64,000 bases of DNA from Antedon mediterranea (taxonomy: Eukaryota > Animalia > Echinodermata): positions 2,620,422 to 2,684,421 of the forward strand of contig NC_092678.1 of the NCBI RefSeq assembly GCF_964355755.1, given 5' to 3'. The position numbers and the translations under genes were made by a program. The notes beneath the pieces were generated by a model. That model did not search any database, was not told the origin of the DNA, and saw nothing but the letters and a program-made list of their open reading frames with translations. This document shows, piece by piece, positions 25,231 to 37,470 of the stretch; positions within the stretch are counted from its first letter, which is position 1; the number at the start of each line of letters is the position of its first letter.

Positions 25231-26541
25231 ATGGAAAATCCTAGACAAGATGAAGCTAAAGAGTATTTAGAAAAGCACAAGATTCTTGAATTATTTGACA
25301 ATATCACTGCAAGTTTAGTTTTTCAACGACCAGGTAAATTTTAGGCCCACTCACTAAATAAATACTATAGGCCTAACTGAAGTCTGACAAGAGGACTGTG
25401 CCTGTCTGTAGCCTATGTGGCCTACTCTGACCGAGTGAATGATATGAGTGTGAGCTAGGCCTAGGCTTACTAGCGCCGGCCTAGCCTACAGAATATCTAG
25501 TACTTATTAGTGGCATAGCATCAGTCAGAAGTCATCTACTACTAGGCCTAAGCTTAGGCCCTACTAGGCCTAGGCTTACGCATACCCAGCCTAAACAATT
25601 TAATTCACAATAATAATCTTACATTTTGACAGTCTTTGACTTTTGTTTGTTTTTTAACAAAGAAAATCCAAAAGAATTTATGATACAAGAGATAAAACAA
25701 TTAAAAGAAGCAAGAACAACCCAGATGGACTACCCATGTTTATTTGATGACAGTAACATCATGTCGGTGTATGGCATGCTGGACCCAACAAAAAAGGGTT
25801 TCATCACTCTTACACAGTATAAAGAAGGTAAGGTATTTTATTAGTTAGGCACCACATTTTAAAGTTGAAAGAAGAAATGCTCTCTTAACCTTTGACCCTT
25901 TTCTTTATTCCTAAAAATTTGATTTGTTTCAGCATTGACTGCTTTAGGATGCAAGACCTTTGACCCGTGTCCTGTTGGTATGGAATTTGATCGCATCTCT
26001 CAAGATACCTTTACAAGAGAAGCGTAAGTATATTTAACAAGGAAGTAATCTACATTAAACTGCTGTTATAATTTGGTTATAACTTAAGCAGTACTAATGC
26101 ACTTGTCAATTGTATGACCCACTATACGACCCCCGGGAGAGGTGCGTCATTTGTCCGATGTGCGTCATACTTTTGAATACCATGACGCACCCGTGCATCA
26201 AAAAGGTGACTTACCTTTAGGTGACCATGGCGCACCTATTTTGACGCACTGTGACCATGTTGTTTATATGGTGGGTGGTAAAGTGACGGACATTGACACA
26301 CCTTGTTCATTGATGTGACGTACCATCTAGGTTTTTTTGACGCACCCCTGTGTCAGTAATTATTTGTAAATGACGCACCCATGACGCACCTCTCCCGGGG
26401 GTCGTATAGTGGGTCATACAATTGACAAGTGCATAAAAGTATGATGATATCAAATTATAATTATTATACTTATATTCTTTTTTTTTTCATACTAGGAAAA
26501 TGGGATTAAAGAGATCATCAGCTACAGTTGCACCTTTGTAA
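25231..26541 (+). CDS. EFCAB10: EF-hand calcium-binding domain protein 10, 134 aa; exons 25231-25333, 25663-25827, 25933-26023, 26496-26541
   Basis: Canonical GT-AG introns with matching phases, 405 nt CDS; MENPRQDEAKEYLEKHKILELFDNITASLVFQRPENPKEFMI...FDDSNIMSVYGMLDPTKKGFITLTQYKEALTALG aligns with remembered EFCAB10 (EYLEKH.I, RPE.PKEY, SNI.AMF.M.D, QYKEAL.TLG); aataaa at about 26816. Confidence 0.93.
26098..26433. mobile_element. 336-bp MITE (PIF/Harbinger-like) in EFCAB10 intron 3
   Basis: 53-bp perfect terminal inverted repeats tgcacttgtcaattg...gtgcgtcat; TAA target-site duplication; internal tgacgcac repeats. Confidence 0.9.
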
Positions 26542-26563
26542 TTTTATATTTAAAACTTAGACT

Positions 26564-26673
26564 TGGCACTCCATACTTAACAATACTTGTCACTCCATAC
26601 TTAACAATATATGGCACTCCATACTTAACAATACTTGGTACTCAATACTTAACAATACTCGGTACTCCATACT
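26564..26673 (+). repeat. 24-bp tandem repeat x4-5 in the EFCAB10 3' UTR
   Basis: ggcactccatacttaacaatactt units. Confidence 0.9.
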
Positions 26674-27164
26674 TTGTGAAGCAAAGAGAATTGTAGGAAA
26701 TATCACTGCTAAATCTTATTTGCTGATTTGTAATGCCAGAAAATGTAATAATAATAATTTATTATGAAATATGTCACTCTCGGCCTGAAAATAATGTAAT
26801 ATATTTGTTTTTGTAAATAAAATATTATTGAATCTTTAGTTTTGTATTTTTTAACATGTATCCACATGACTAAAACTGCTATATATATTCAGGGGCAGGT
26901 TGATGTTTTTTTTAATGTTTCAATATTTATTCTATAAGGAATTTTTTTTTGCAAAATAATCCTTATATAATGGTGTTCTGTAATTATAGACAAGGGAACA
27001 CATTTTCCCTACACTGTGTTTTGGTTTTGGTTTGAGATATATTCTTTGCGATCTAGCCTTCGGCTATAATATAACATTTTTGGTTTTATGACAATTAAAA
27101 TAATTGTCATAGCGCCCTCTATTTATGAACACAGCACAGTTATTTGGACGGTGCATTGTAAAGT

Positions 27165-28084
27165 AGGCATGAGCCCAAACAGAAAACTGCTCTTACTCCA
27201 TCATTACTTATAAAATACAAAAATAACAAAACTAAGTAGCACAAATTAAGTCAAAATAAAACAAAACAAAGTTATAATGAGATACACCAATTAAAAATAA
27301 GCTGCATTGAATAAACAATATAAACAATTACAACTTAACATTTTGAGATCAAATGTTTGATGAGTTGGGCTTTAAAGTCTGAAATTGTAGCACATTGTTT
27401 AATTTCATTGGGAAGTTGCTCCCATAATCTAGGGAAAATAACAAACGATGAATTTAAAAATGTATTGGTCTTTGCCTTCCAATGTATTAACCGCCCTTCA
27501 CACCTCTCACTTGATCTCACAAACTCATTAAAGGATGATGGACAGAGGCCATGCATTATTTTAAAACCTAATGTGAGTCTATACACTTTAAATATATCTT
27601 CAATACTTAAAATATTTAGGGTCTTTAACCTATATAAATATGAAGTGTCCCAATTTCCTTCTTTTCTGTACATAATTATTCTAGTGGCCTTTCTCTGAAC
27701 CCTTTCAAGTCTATACATATGAGATATTTCAGTAGGTGCCCACATACAACAACAGTAAGTCACAACAGGTAGTATTAGTGCTTTGTAAAGATTTAGCATT
27801 GCCATCCAAGACATTGCTTTACTACATCTTGAAACAAAACCAAGAAGTTTGCTTGCCTTACTACAAACATAATCTACATGAGAGTGGCATGTTAATTTAC
27901 TGTTGATATATACACCAAGTAGTTTGAATTCATGGACTCTTTCCGTTGAATCGGAATTGATATCGTAAGCAAATATGATGGGATCTTTACACCTGGATAA
28001 ACTCATTGCTGCACATTTTGATGCATTTAATGGTAGTTTATCTAAACTTTGAGCCCATGAATGAAACGCCTTAGTGAGTAACAA
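27165..28084 (-). mobile_element. 5'-truncated LINE (CR1/L2 group): ORF2 C-terminus (27335-28084) plus 3' UTR
   Basis: LNASKC..FKLLGVYINSKL..HVDYVCSKASKLLGFV..LYKALILPVVTYCCCMWAP..LERVQRKATR is the typical RT C-terminal region; sits at the right edge of duplication copy A. Confidence 0.9.
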
Positions 28085-28104
28085 TTCAGTACTGTAATTT
28101 CCAG

Positions 28105-28234
28105 ATACAACAGGTCATCTTGGACATTGGTCAGGTGATGGAGAAACTCAAATGTCATGTGTTTATCGGGGGGACGCTAATTGGTCCAGATAAACAAAAT
28201 TTGAAGAAATGTCATATTGCAGTTGGAACCCCAG
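28105..28234 (+). pseudogene. DDX20: Isolated, intact internal exon of DEAD-box helicase DDX20/Gemin3
   Basis: tttccag|[44 protein letters not shown]|gtgag closely matches remembered DDX20 (..[10 protein letters not shown]...[14 protein letters not shown]); no other DDX20 exon recognised in the window. Confidence 0.8.
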
Positions 28235-28494
28235 GTGAGATTTTGAAAAAAACGGATTAAAAGCAGAGCAATGGAACAAAAATCACTACTTCTATTTACA
28301 GTATGAAACATTTGGACTCATTTTGTGAGAAGTTTCTCTTTTGGAAGTAATTCGCACGGTGCTAATTTTGGTTGACTACATAAATACATAAATAAATGTT
28401 TTATAGTCATGCGGTACGTAGGCCTACATTTTGAAATCGCCAGTTTTTTTACGCTGAAATTACTATGTATTCGAGAACCATATGTGGGCACGAC

Positions 28495-28532
28495 CTAGAT
28501 GGTACGCGAGCGAAGCGAGCGTGCCATCTAGT
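28495..28532 (+). mobile_element. Helitron/Helentron-like 3' terminal hairpin ending CTAG-T
   Basis: ctagatggtacgc-gagcgaagcga-gcgtgccatctag|t : 13-bp stem with one wobble, ends in CTAG followed by T. Confidence 0.45.
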
Positions 28533-29099
28533 TAATTAAAATAATATTAATTATTTGCCTATCTACAGACGTACCACCATTTTCAAAACTCTTTCAATAG
28601 GCCTATATTCTAGCAATACTTTCGAATTCCTAAATAACAGTGGACTTTTTTTTTAAACTTCAGATTACGGACGTAGGCAACGTAACACTTGCAAGTGTAT
28701 TTAAAATATAGGCCTAGTCTTTAATTTTATTACAATGAATTTTACTGACCGCCGCATACATTGCATATTTATAATAAGCATTTAGCCTACCATGACTTTC
28801 TTTCAATATCAATCCTTTGTGTACAAATGGATTTAAACCATAAAAAAATAAGACTTCAATTGCAATTCCTGCATATTATTTTACCTTAGGCCTACGTTTG
28901 ACAAGTTTTCTCGGCGCGGTTGAAATCAACATCATCATTCGCGGTACTATACGTACCATTTATTTGTATCAACAAAATATATATAATTATACAGTAATTC
29001 TTTCACAAGAATATTTCTATAAACGTATTTGATACAAAACGGGTATGCAATGAGTCGAAGCTCTTAAACACATTACCATATAATACAGATATCTAATTA

Positions 29100-29700
29100 G
29101 CAAATAAAACAATAAAAGTACAAATAGAAATAAAAAGTAAAAGTAACAAAAGTGAACTCTACATGAGTGTATTTATTTATTAATAGTAGTTGTATTTCCT
29201 TTTTAAATTTTCCGATTTTAGTTTCACACTTTATGTTTTCAGGTAAACGGTTCCAAATATTTGCCCCTCTATAGACAATACTCCTATATTTGTTCTTTTT
29301 AGAGGAATACGGAAATCACTCTTCTTCCGCGTACCATACTCATGTACAGATTCCATTTTTGTAAAAAAAGAGTTAAATGAAACTGGTAAATTGCCCATAC
29401 AGAATTGAAACATAAATACAGCAGTGTACTTCTCATACAAGTCAAAAATATTCAATAGGTTTTTGTTATAGAATAAATTTGCTGATGGATGCTGATAATG
29501 CACTTTACATATAATTCTGATCGCTCGTTTATTAAGTATATGTATTCTATGTAGTTTCGTTGCCCCCGCAACTCCCCAAATAGTTATTGCATATATTAGG
29601 TGAGGTAAAATTACCAAGTTCTACATTATCAACAAAACATCTGATTGAACAATATATTTAAGTTTGTTCATCACACCAATGACCCTTGCAATTTTCATAG
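29100..29700 (-). mobile_element. LINE (L2/Crack-like) ORF2 C-terminal fragment
   Basis: KIARVIGVMNKLK..ILPHLIYAITIWG..LNKRAIRIICK..HPSANLF..LLNIFDLY..VHEYGTR. Confidence 0.85.
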
Positions 29701-29739
29701 TCGGCGGGGCTCACGACGTCGAAGAAGACGGTTACTATA

Positions 29740-30302
29740 ATGCTAGTAGAATATCCAATATTATTTCCAAGTATACTGACATTTTATTTAGATTAAAACA
29801 AACACTTGCACCAAACCTTTTATTTTACCGTAACCGTAACCAATGTGAGTGAGTGGCCGAGCGGGTTAAGACAGTGGAACCGTAATTACGTAGCCATAAC
29901 ATCGGCAAGGGTTCGAGGCTCACTTACTCCATGGTTCTGGTGGTAAAACATAAGGACTATAAAAACGTAGGTCCAGTGTACACATCTAGCTCGTGTGCAC
30001 TTTAAAGAACCTAGTACATCTTTCGAGACGAGTAGGGTATTAATCCGGTGTATTAGTACATCACAGCCACTGATCACCAACTGGGCCCGCTGGGAGACCA
30101 GCCTTTGAGGTTACCCAGTATAAATATATATTTCAATTATTTGGGCAGTTGTTATAGGCCTAATCTGAAAATCGTTCATTTAGGCCTAAAACAAAAGAAA
30201 ATAATTAGACTACTCTGTACAAACTGGCTGGCCCATACTGCACCTTTATTTTTTTATTTACAAACCTTTATAACATTCTATGATATTCATAGCAATTTTT
30301 AA
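29740..30302 (+). mobile_element. Decayed LINE ORF2 fragment interrupted by a SINE
   Basis: ISNIISKYTDILFRLKQTL before the SINE and KQKKIIRLLCTNWLAHTAPLF after it. Confidence 0.6.
29845..30135 (+). mobile_element. tRNA-derived SINE
   Basis: Pol III A box tggccgagcgg (29854), B box ggttcgagg (29910), central gtgcactttaaagaacc segment resembling conserved metazoan SINE cores, AT-rich tail. Confidence 0.8.
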
Positions 30303-30778
30303 ATGTTCAATTTCGTTAATAAAAAAAAGTCATATATGGACATGATATCATATCACTACCATATTTAAGCATAACACCACGCTTAAGGAAGCGGATAACA
30401 TTTAGAAATAACATTAAAACAAACAAATTAATGCTAGACATCACACTTGGCCTGTATACAATACTTGAAATGTATTTCGGAAATTGACCAGTTTTAGCTC
30501 GGTATCTATTTTATGCTTTTGTAGCGTTTGGCAGAGAGCCTAACAAAATAGAACTAAAATTTGTATTCTCTTTATCATTGAAACGATCTAAATTATAATA
30601 GGAAAAAGTAGCTAAAGATAGATGTTATATTCTATTTATGGGTTTTGTTGTTATGGTCAACTACACCAGCATTTATTATAAATCTTTATTTTATGAATTT
30701 GAAATGAATTGATACTTGATAAAATCGTCCTAAATCCGTAGGCCTATTGCTTTTAATTTCCCAAAAGTGTACTCTTTA

Positions 30779-31887
30779 AGCTTGGTTCCCACTAGCGACG
30801 CAACGTAACGCAATCAATGCAACGTAAAGCTTGGTTCCCACTAGAACGTAACGCAAGGACGTAAACGCAACGCAAGCGTTTTAACCAATGACAAGCGAAG
30901 TTATAGACAGTTAGCAATAATCACAAGCGAATAAGCCATCGCTTGTGATTGGTCAATTCACTTGCGTTGCGTTACGTCGTTGTGTTGCGTCGCTAGTGGG
31001 AACCACGCTTATCTGTCTATAACTTCGCTTGTCATTGGTTAAAACGCTTGCGTTTCGTTTACGTCCTTGCGTTACGTTCTAGTGGGAACCAAGCTTTAAT
31101 AATTGTGTTTGTCCCCGCCTGCGTGAAATCAAACCTGCGATGTTTGTAGCGTTATTGCGTCGTCGGTTTCCACTTGTGATTACGCAATACAGCACTTTGC
31201 GTAAATACGTCGCTGCGTTGCGTTCTAGTGGGCACCACGCATTAAGCTTGGTTCCCACTAGAACGTAACGCAAGGACGTAAACGCAACGCAAGCGTTTTA
31301 ACCAATGACAAGCGAAGTTATAGACAGTTAGCAATCACAAGCGAATAAGTCATCGCTTGTGATTGGTCAATTCAATTGCGTTGCGTTACGTCCTTGCGTT
31401 GCGTCGCTAGTGGGAACCACGCTTACGTTACCATACTATACGGACTATGTTCAGAAGGTTCGAAATATCACTGCTCTAACGCTGGTCAATTGAGCTTGCG
31501 ATGTTTGCAGCATTATTGCGTCGTCGGTTCCCACTTGTGATTACGCAATACATCACTTTGCGTCAATACGTCGCTGAATTGACCAATCACAAGCGATGGC
31601 TTATTCGCTTGTGATTGCTAAAGCTTGGTTCCCACTAGAACGTAACGCAAGGACGTAAACGCAACGTAAGCGTGTTGACCAATGACAAGCGAAGTTATAG
31701 ACAGTTAGCAATCACAAGCGAATAAGCCATCGCTTGTGATTGGTCAATTCACTTGCGTTGCGTTACGTCCTTGTGTTGCGTCGCTAGTGGGAACCACGCT
31801 TAACTGTCTATAACTTCGCTTGTCATTGGTTAAAACGCTTGCGTTGCGTTTACGTCCTTGCGTTACGTTCTAGTGTGAACCAAGCTT
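30779..31887. mobile_element. Cluster of nested ~180-bp MITEs of one family (PIF/Harbinger-like)
   Basis: TIR agcttggttcccactag / ctagtgggaacca(a/c)gct recurs; full copies about 30828-31009, 31245-31423 and 31622-31800, the last with a TAA target-site duplication. Confidence 0.9.
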
Positions 31888-32249
31888 TACAGAGGTACGT
31901 GTGTACACACATGCATCGATAACATGGTACATGGTAGGCTTAGTCTCTTTATTTAGAAAATGTTTCGTTTCGTTTTTCAAGCATGGAGGTATGAAGGTAG
32001 TAGTAGATGGCTTTTGTTTAAATCGACACTTTATAAGAGGCCTAATAATAATAATAATCAATAATAATTAAAACATTATTCTGATGGTGGCCATAAATTG
32101 CAGTTTTCGTAAATTTAATACCGGTAACATCACAGTACATCAAAATACGGGATTACAGAAACATAAAATGGAAAAGCATAGGCTTTGCCATTTAATGGCA
32201 CTGCTGCAATAATCCAAACTTCTAGTGCGTGTGTCTGATGTGTTGTGTG

Positions 32250-32470
32250 CTGCGATTGGCCAGTTCTTGTTGTCCATGTCAGAGTCACAGTAACAAGAAA
32301 GCTGATTGGTTGTACAGTTGTTCTTTTGTGATTGGCCAAAACCACCTGTTCGTGTTGTGTGCGGCGATTGGCCAGTTTTTGTTTCTGATTACTTATGCTG
32401 TAAATCTGATTGGTCAAAATACCACCTCTTCGTGATTTTTGCCGCCAAGTTTTACTTTTTCAATCTTTCC
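32250..32470 (+). promoter_or_regulatory. TATA-less promoter: five inverted CCAAT boxes plus E2F-like site
   Basis: attgg at 32255, 32305, 32331, 32367 and 32409; tttgccgc at 32438, about 90 bp upstream of the ATG at 32531. Confidence 0.65.
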
Positions 32471-32530
32471 GTCCGCCGCAGCCATTCACGAAAGAACCAA
32501 AAAACTAAAAATTTTATTAAAGAACTAAAA

Positions 32531-35355
32531 ATGAACCGAAGACTACAGTTGTGAGTAAAGTTCAAATCTTATCTAATTCAATAGTAAACCTAGGCCCTTC
32601 TGCTGTCTCATACTATATAGCAAATTGTTTGCAACAAATTAAAATGAGCTTGAGGTTAGTTAGCCGAGAGCAGCTAGGGCCTCGTCGCCTCCAGACGTAC
32701 GTAGAAGAAGCAAGCAGATTGGGTGCAGATTAGTTCGGGCCACACTGCACACATTATGGACTAGACATCTTGTTCATAATAATTAGGATAGGCTAGGCCC
32801 TAACCTAGCTAGGCTAACAAGACAAATAAGACAGTTTGGGCCTTTTATAAAAAAGTCTTTGTAATTTTATTTTAGATGCCCATAAAAGGATGATCCCAAC
32901 CGTTACCTGACATGACAAATTAAATTGCTGTAGGCCTATGGTCTATAATAATACGAATGCATCTAGGCCTAGCCTAGGCTGCTTTAATTGATGATACACT
33001 CCTAGAAAATAAGGTTGCAGTGCACATCCTATGAAAACTCACTTTGTATATCAATTAAAAACATTTTTTGGTTAAAAATAAATGCAACACATCACATGAA
33101 AACAACAAATAAACAAATAAAAGTAAATAAATCCTGTAGTGTATGAATTTATTTGTATGTAAATTCAACAAATTATAATTTGTTGTTTTTTTAACAACTT
33201 ATTTTTGGTGTAAAACATCATTTTTTGGGTTAAAATAAATTGTTAAATTCTGCAAACCTAAAAAAAAAACAGACAACTCTTGAAAACCAAATAAAAGTGA
33301 TTAAATCCTGTAGTAATTTTGTGTTGTTTTAACAACCTATTTTGGGGATAAAACATCATTTTTTGGTTTAAAATAATGGTTAACTATGCAAACCTAAACA
33401 AAAAACATCCCATGAAAACCAAATAAAAGTGATTAAATCCTGTAGTGCATGACTTTAATTGTATGTAAATTCAACAAATTATTAATTGATGTTGTTTTAA
33501 GAACCTATTTTTTGAGTAAAACATCATTTTTTGGTTTAAAATAATTGTTAAACATGGCAAACCTAAAACATGTAGACATCCACTGAAAACCAAATAAGTG
33601 ATTACATTGTATAAATTGAATTGTACATAAATTCAACAAATTATAATTTGTTGTTGTTTTAACGCCCTATTTTGGGGGTAAAACATCATTTTTTTGGTTT
33701 AAATAAATTGTTAAATTATACAAACCTAAAAAAACAGACAATAAATCCTGTAGTGTATGAATTTAATTGTATGTACATTCAACAAATTATAATTTGTTGT
33801 TGTTTGAACAACCTATTTCATGATGGTGTCATATCACTACCATACTTGGGCATATATCACTAGTTTGACAAAAATGGTACACAGAGCTTTACACAATTTA
33901 ATTTTGATCGCATATTCCTGGCAAGATCTCTTGAAACATTTCAAATGTTAATGAAAAATGAATGAATGAATTTATTTAAAAAAGATATATATAAATTTTC
34001 ATTGCACAAGTGTTGATATTTTTCAAAATTGATAAGAAAATGTGTTTTTGGAAAGTTTACAGAGTCTGTATCACGCATACACGGATAACAATATTTTTGT
34101 TTCGTTATGACCTTGAACTTTTACCTAAACAAGTTTACCAGGTGTGGATTCATCATCTCCACCCACTTTATTTCACCATTTTTAGTCCCCACCCCGCCCA
34201 CCACATATTTTTGAAAAAATTCTTGCATCATCCACAAAATCACTGGTCAGTCGCATCATTATAGGTTACGCTATAGGGTTTATACCAACAAATAAGGTGA
34301 TTGGAAGTTAAACTTAAGAGGTACATTTATTATTTGTGATTTGCATGAAAAAAATATATTCAATATTTAGGAAAATGTGTTTTTGAAAAATTTACAGAGA
34401 CTGTTTCTCCGACTTTGAATTTGATAGGATATTGATATGTGACACACGTAGAATCTGGACCAATTTCATATAATGGACCATATTGATTAAAGTTTAATTT
34501 GTTTCACTCATTTATTATTATATTTTGTTTCTTTTTAACAGATTGTTAAACGAATCCTTAAACTTTATCCATGAGGGTGTTTACCGTCCCTACGGTAGAG
34601 TTGCCCGGATAGACGAGGAAGTAGTATTTCGACAACGAGAATGTCGACGGTTTCATCCTTATGGCCGAACTGCAAGAGGTTTTAATCGCTCCCCGCTACG
34701 TGTGCCTATACCACCACCACCACAACCACGACCACCACGCAGACGAAGACCACAGCATCATTCACCACCACGACCACGACATCATTCACCACCCAGACCA
34801 CAAACACCACCAGACAGAATACAGTTCAGACGCACGAGACAACAACGACAACGTGAAGAACGTGAACGCCTCATTAGATTACGCAGACTACAACATTCCC
34901 CACCAAGACAACAGCATTCACCGCCACAACATCATTCACTGCCTCAGCGACGAAAATGTCCACGACAATGCACCAATTCACCTTCATCATCACTTACTTG
35001 TTCATCGTCTGAATGTGCGTTTCGCCCACCTCCTAATTTGCCTCCTTACAATGCAGAGATGGAAAGACAGAGGGCAGTAGCGAATTGGCATCAGATGTGC
35101 GTGGCAGGTGGGCATTTTGATATGCTAGGCATCCCAAATCCAAGAGCCGATGATGGTGGGCCTGCGGCTGCGGCAGCGGCCGTGCCTCCTGCTCCGGCTG
35201 TTCCGGTAGTGGTGCCGGATGTGGCTGTAGTGGTGCCTGTGCCGGACGTGGCTCCGGTGCCGGATGTGGCGGCCGTGCCTGCTGTTGCAGCTGGCGTGTA
35301 CAGAACTCGATCGGGAAGAATAAGTCGGCCACCAGTTAGGTATTCACCATATTAG
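32531..35355 (+). CDS. Orphan Arg/Pro-rich, probably nuclear protein, 277 aa; exons 32531-32550 and 34542-35355
   Basis: aaaaATG AAC CGA AGA CTA CAG TT|gtgagt ... ttttaacag|A TTG TTA AAC: a phase-2 intron joins exactly into the 831-bp ORF; GC-richer than flanks; aataaa at about 35555; motifs YRPYGR, RFHPYGR, HSPP x4, C-terminal YRTRSGRISRPPVRYSPY. Confidence 0.75.
33050..33825. repeat. About 120-180 bp AT-rich tandem repeat x4-5 inside the intron
   Basis: taaaacatcattttttggttt and aaatcctgtagt recur. Confidence 0.8.
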
Positions 35356-36233
35356 TAAACTTTTTTTCTTTTTCTTTATTAATATTATTCATTTTTTTAT
35401 GATGCACACCCCAAGTCCCCGTCTACCTGCAAGAAGGTAGATAATTATTAAAGAAAAAAACATTACTGAAATACAGTAATAACAATCCCCACAGATGTTA
35501 TCGGGCCATTTAGGCAATGTTAACTCAGATGTAACTTTTAATTTTTCTTATCATGAATAAATGGAATTAGCTCTTTTCAAACAAATTGCAAAATTAATAG
35601 TTGACCCTATTGAATCTTGTTTGGTTTAACCTAAAAATTGATTACAAAAATGTTTTACATTATATTATCAAGAAATTAGAAAATTAATAAAAACAATTAT
35701 TTTATATGTACAATATAAATAGGAAGGATCCATCTTTCAAACATAGTAATTACTAATCTACAAGGAGTAAAAATGTTTGGTTGTAAGGTTGATGCACAGT
35801 CAATCCAGTTCATTAATCAAAACACAACACTGCATGTCATAAATTTCTTCTTTCCATGACACGACAACATGACGACATGACTATGCTACTGGACTATCCA
35901 CTCTTTTTGGAATATTTTTTTTTACTTGCGACTCTCTACGGCTTAAATATCTAATAGCACTCTTTTCTCCTGCATAAGAAAAAATTGGCTTATTTTATGG
36001 CACCCATTCAAAACCCATTTCTTCTTAAAATTGGATGTACATAAAATATTACATATTACAAACTTCATGTCGCTTACAAGGTTGTGAGCTTGCCTTGTTT
36101 ATCAAAGTATGCCCTTGCATAATCATGACTGTGACATAGTCACGTATTCTTAACTTTTTTTATACGTTTTTAAGCGCAAATTCATGAATTCGCAGTGCAA
36201 GCCAATGATATATAAATTGTTCAGGAGCATCTT

Positions 36234-37470
36234 AGGCCTAAATGTATTCATATTATTATAGACCATACAGCAATTAAACTTATCGTGTCGAGTAATTTAA
36301 GTCCAAAAAGGTTAGCTTATATTATTTTCATTGGGATCATCCTTTTTATAAAGGCATAATCTAAAATAAAATTACAAAGTATTGATTTCTTTTTATAAAA
36401 GGCCCAAACTGTCTACTTTGTGTTGGCCTAGCTTATCATTTAATTAGTCCACAACATGTGCAGTATGGCCCGATCTGCACCCAATCGTCCGTGGAACCAA
36501 ACGAACCAATTATGTCCATAGGGATGAAACTGGCGAAACTCGCATTTCTTCATCTATCTTGGTCTCCGTAAGGAATGGTATTCAACGCCCTTTACAAAAT
36601 TAAAGGCTTCGTTTAGTAATCTTTGGTTACAAAGTATTTTTTTTTTAGGTACGGTAAACTCCCTCATATACGAAATTGTAAGCCTCGTTTAACAATTGTT
36701 TGTTTGTTTTATTAGTTTCTCCACACATTTTAAAATAAAAATTACAAATTTTTACAATCTGTTAAAAACAGAAAAAAATTTTTATAATAAATGAGTGAAA
36801 CAAATTAAACTTTAATCAATACTACTTCCTCATCTATCCGGGCAACTCTACCGTAGGGACGGTAAACTCCCTCGCATAAAAAGTTGTGTGCTTCGTTTAA
36901 CAATCTGTTAAAAACAGAAACAAAATATAATAATAAATGAGTGAAACAAATTAAACTTTAATCAATATGGTCCATTATATGAAATTGGTCCAGATTCTAT
37001 TCTATAACGCGTGTCACATCAATTCTAGGCTTTCTGTTATGTCCTTGTTGTGATTTCGCCTAGAACTAACGGCCGTAAGATGAGCCGTGTATTGTTTCCT
37101 CACTCTTATAGCATTTGCACAAAGTCACATGTGTAAAAATATTGATAATTCAGTAGTTTTCTGCTGTTCCAAATTTTCATTCTTAGTATGTTACTTCTTC
37201 ATATCCAGCTTTAGATGTGTGAACAAAATTTAAAACTGCGGGCTTATTAAATTAATAAAAGTGTTAGATAAGATTTAAACATTATCCTCACGTTTGTAAG
37301 CGACTCATGTTTGCTGTTTTTTTGTTGTTGTTTAATTGATTGTGTTTTTTCTTCGTCTTCTCTGTGCGGATGTGTTCATCTATCCGGACAACTCTACCGT
37401 AAGGAACAGTATTCAACGCCCTTAACGAAATTGAAGGCCTAGTTTTGTAATCTTTGGTTACAAAGTATTA
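36234..37470 (-). pseudogene. Inverted paralog fragments of the orphan gene (copy B)
   Basis: Reverse complement of 36818-36998 nearly equals 34451-34628 (intron end plus LLNE...EGVYRPYGRVARIDEEVV). Confidence 0.85.

Larger units (their letters stand above)
673..27164 (+). repeat. Segmental duplication, copy A (direct repeat of 36234-63825)
   Basis: Colinear near-identity begins at aggcctaaatgtattcat (673 / 36234) and ends at ggtgcattgtaaagt (27164 / 63825); the ORF track repeats at an offset of about 35.6-36.9 kb; copies differ by scattered substitutions, indels and repeat copy number. Confidence 0.95.

Noticed and set aside
29845-29930. tRNA gene
   Set aside because: A and B boxes are present but there is no convincing cloverleaf, and the sequence continues into a SINE body and tail
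34661-35332. His-rich + strand ORF (34661-35080) and antisense ORF (35033-35332) as separate genes
   Set aside because: Shadow frames of the low-complexity main exon; only the main frame has a phase-matched first exon and promoter
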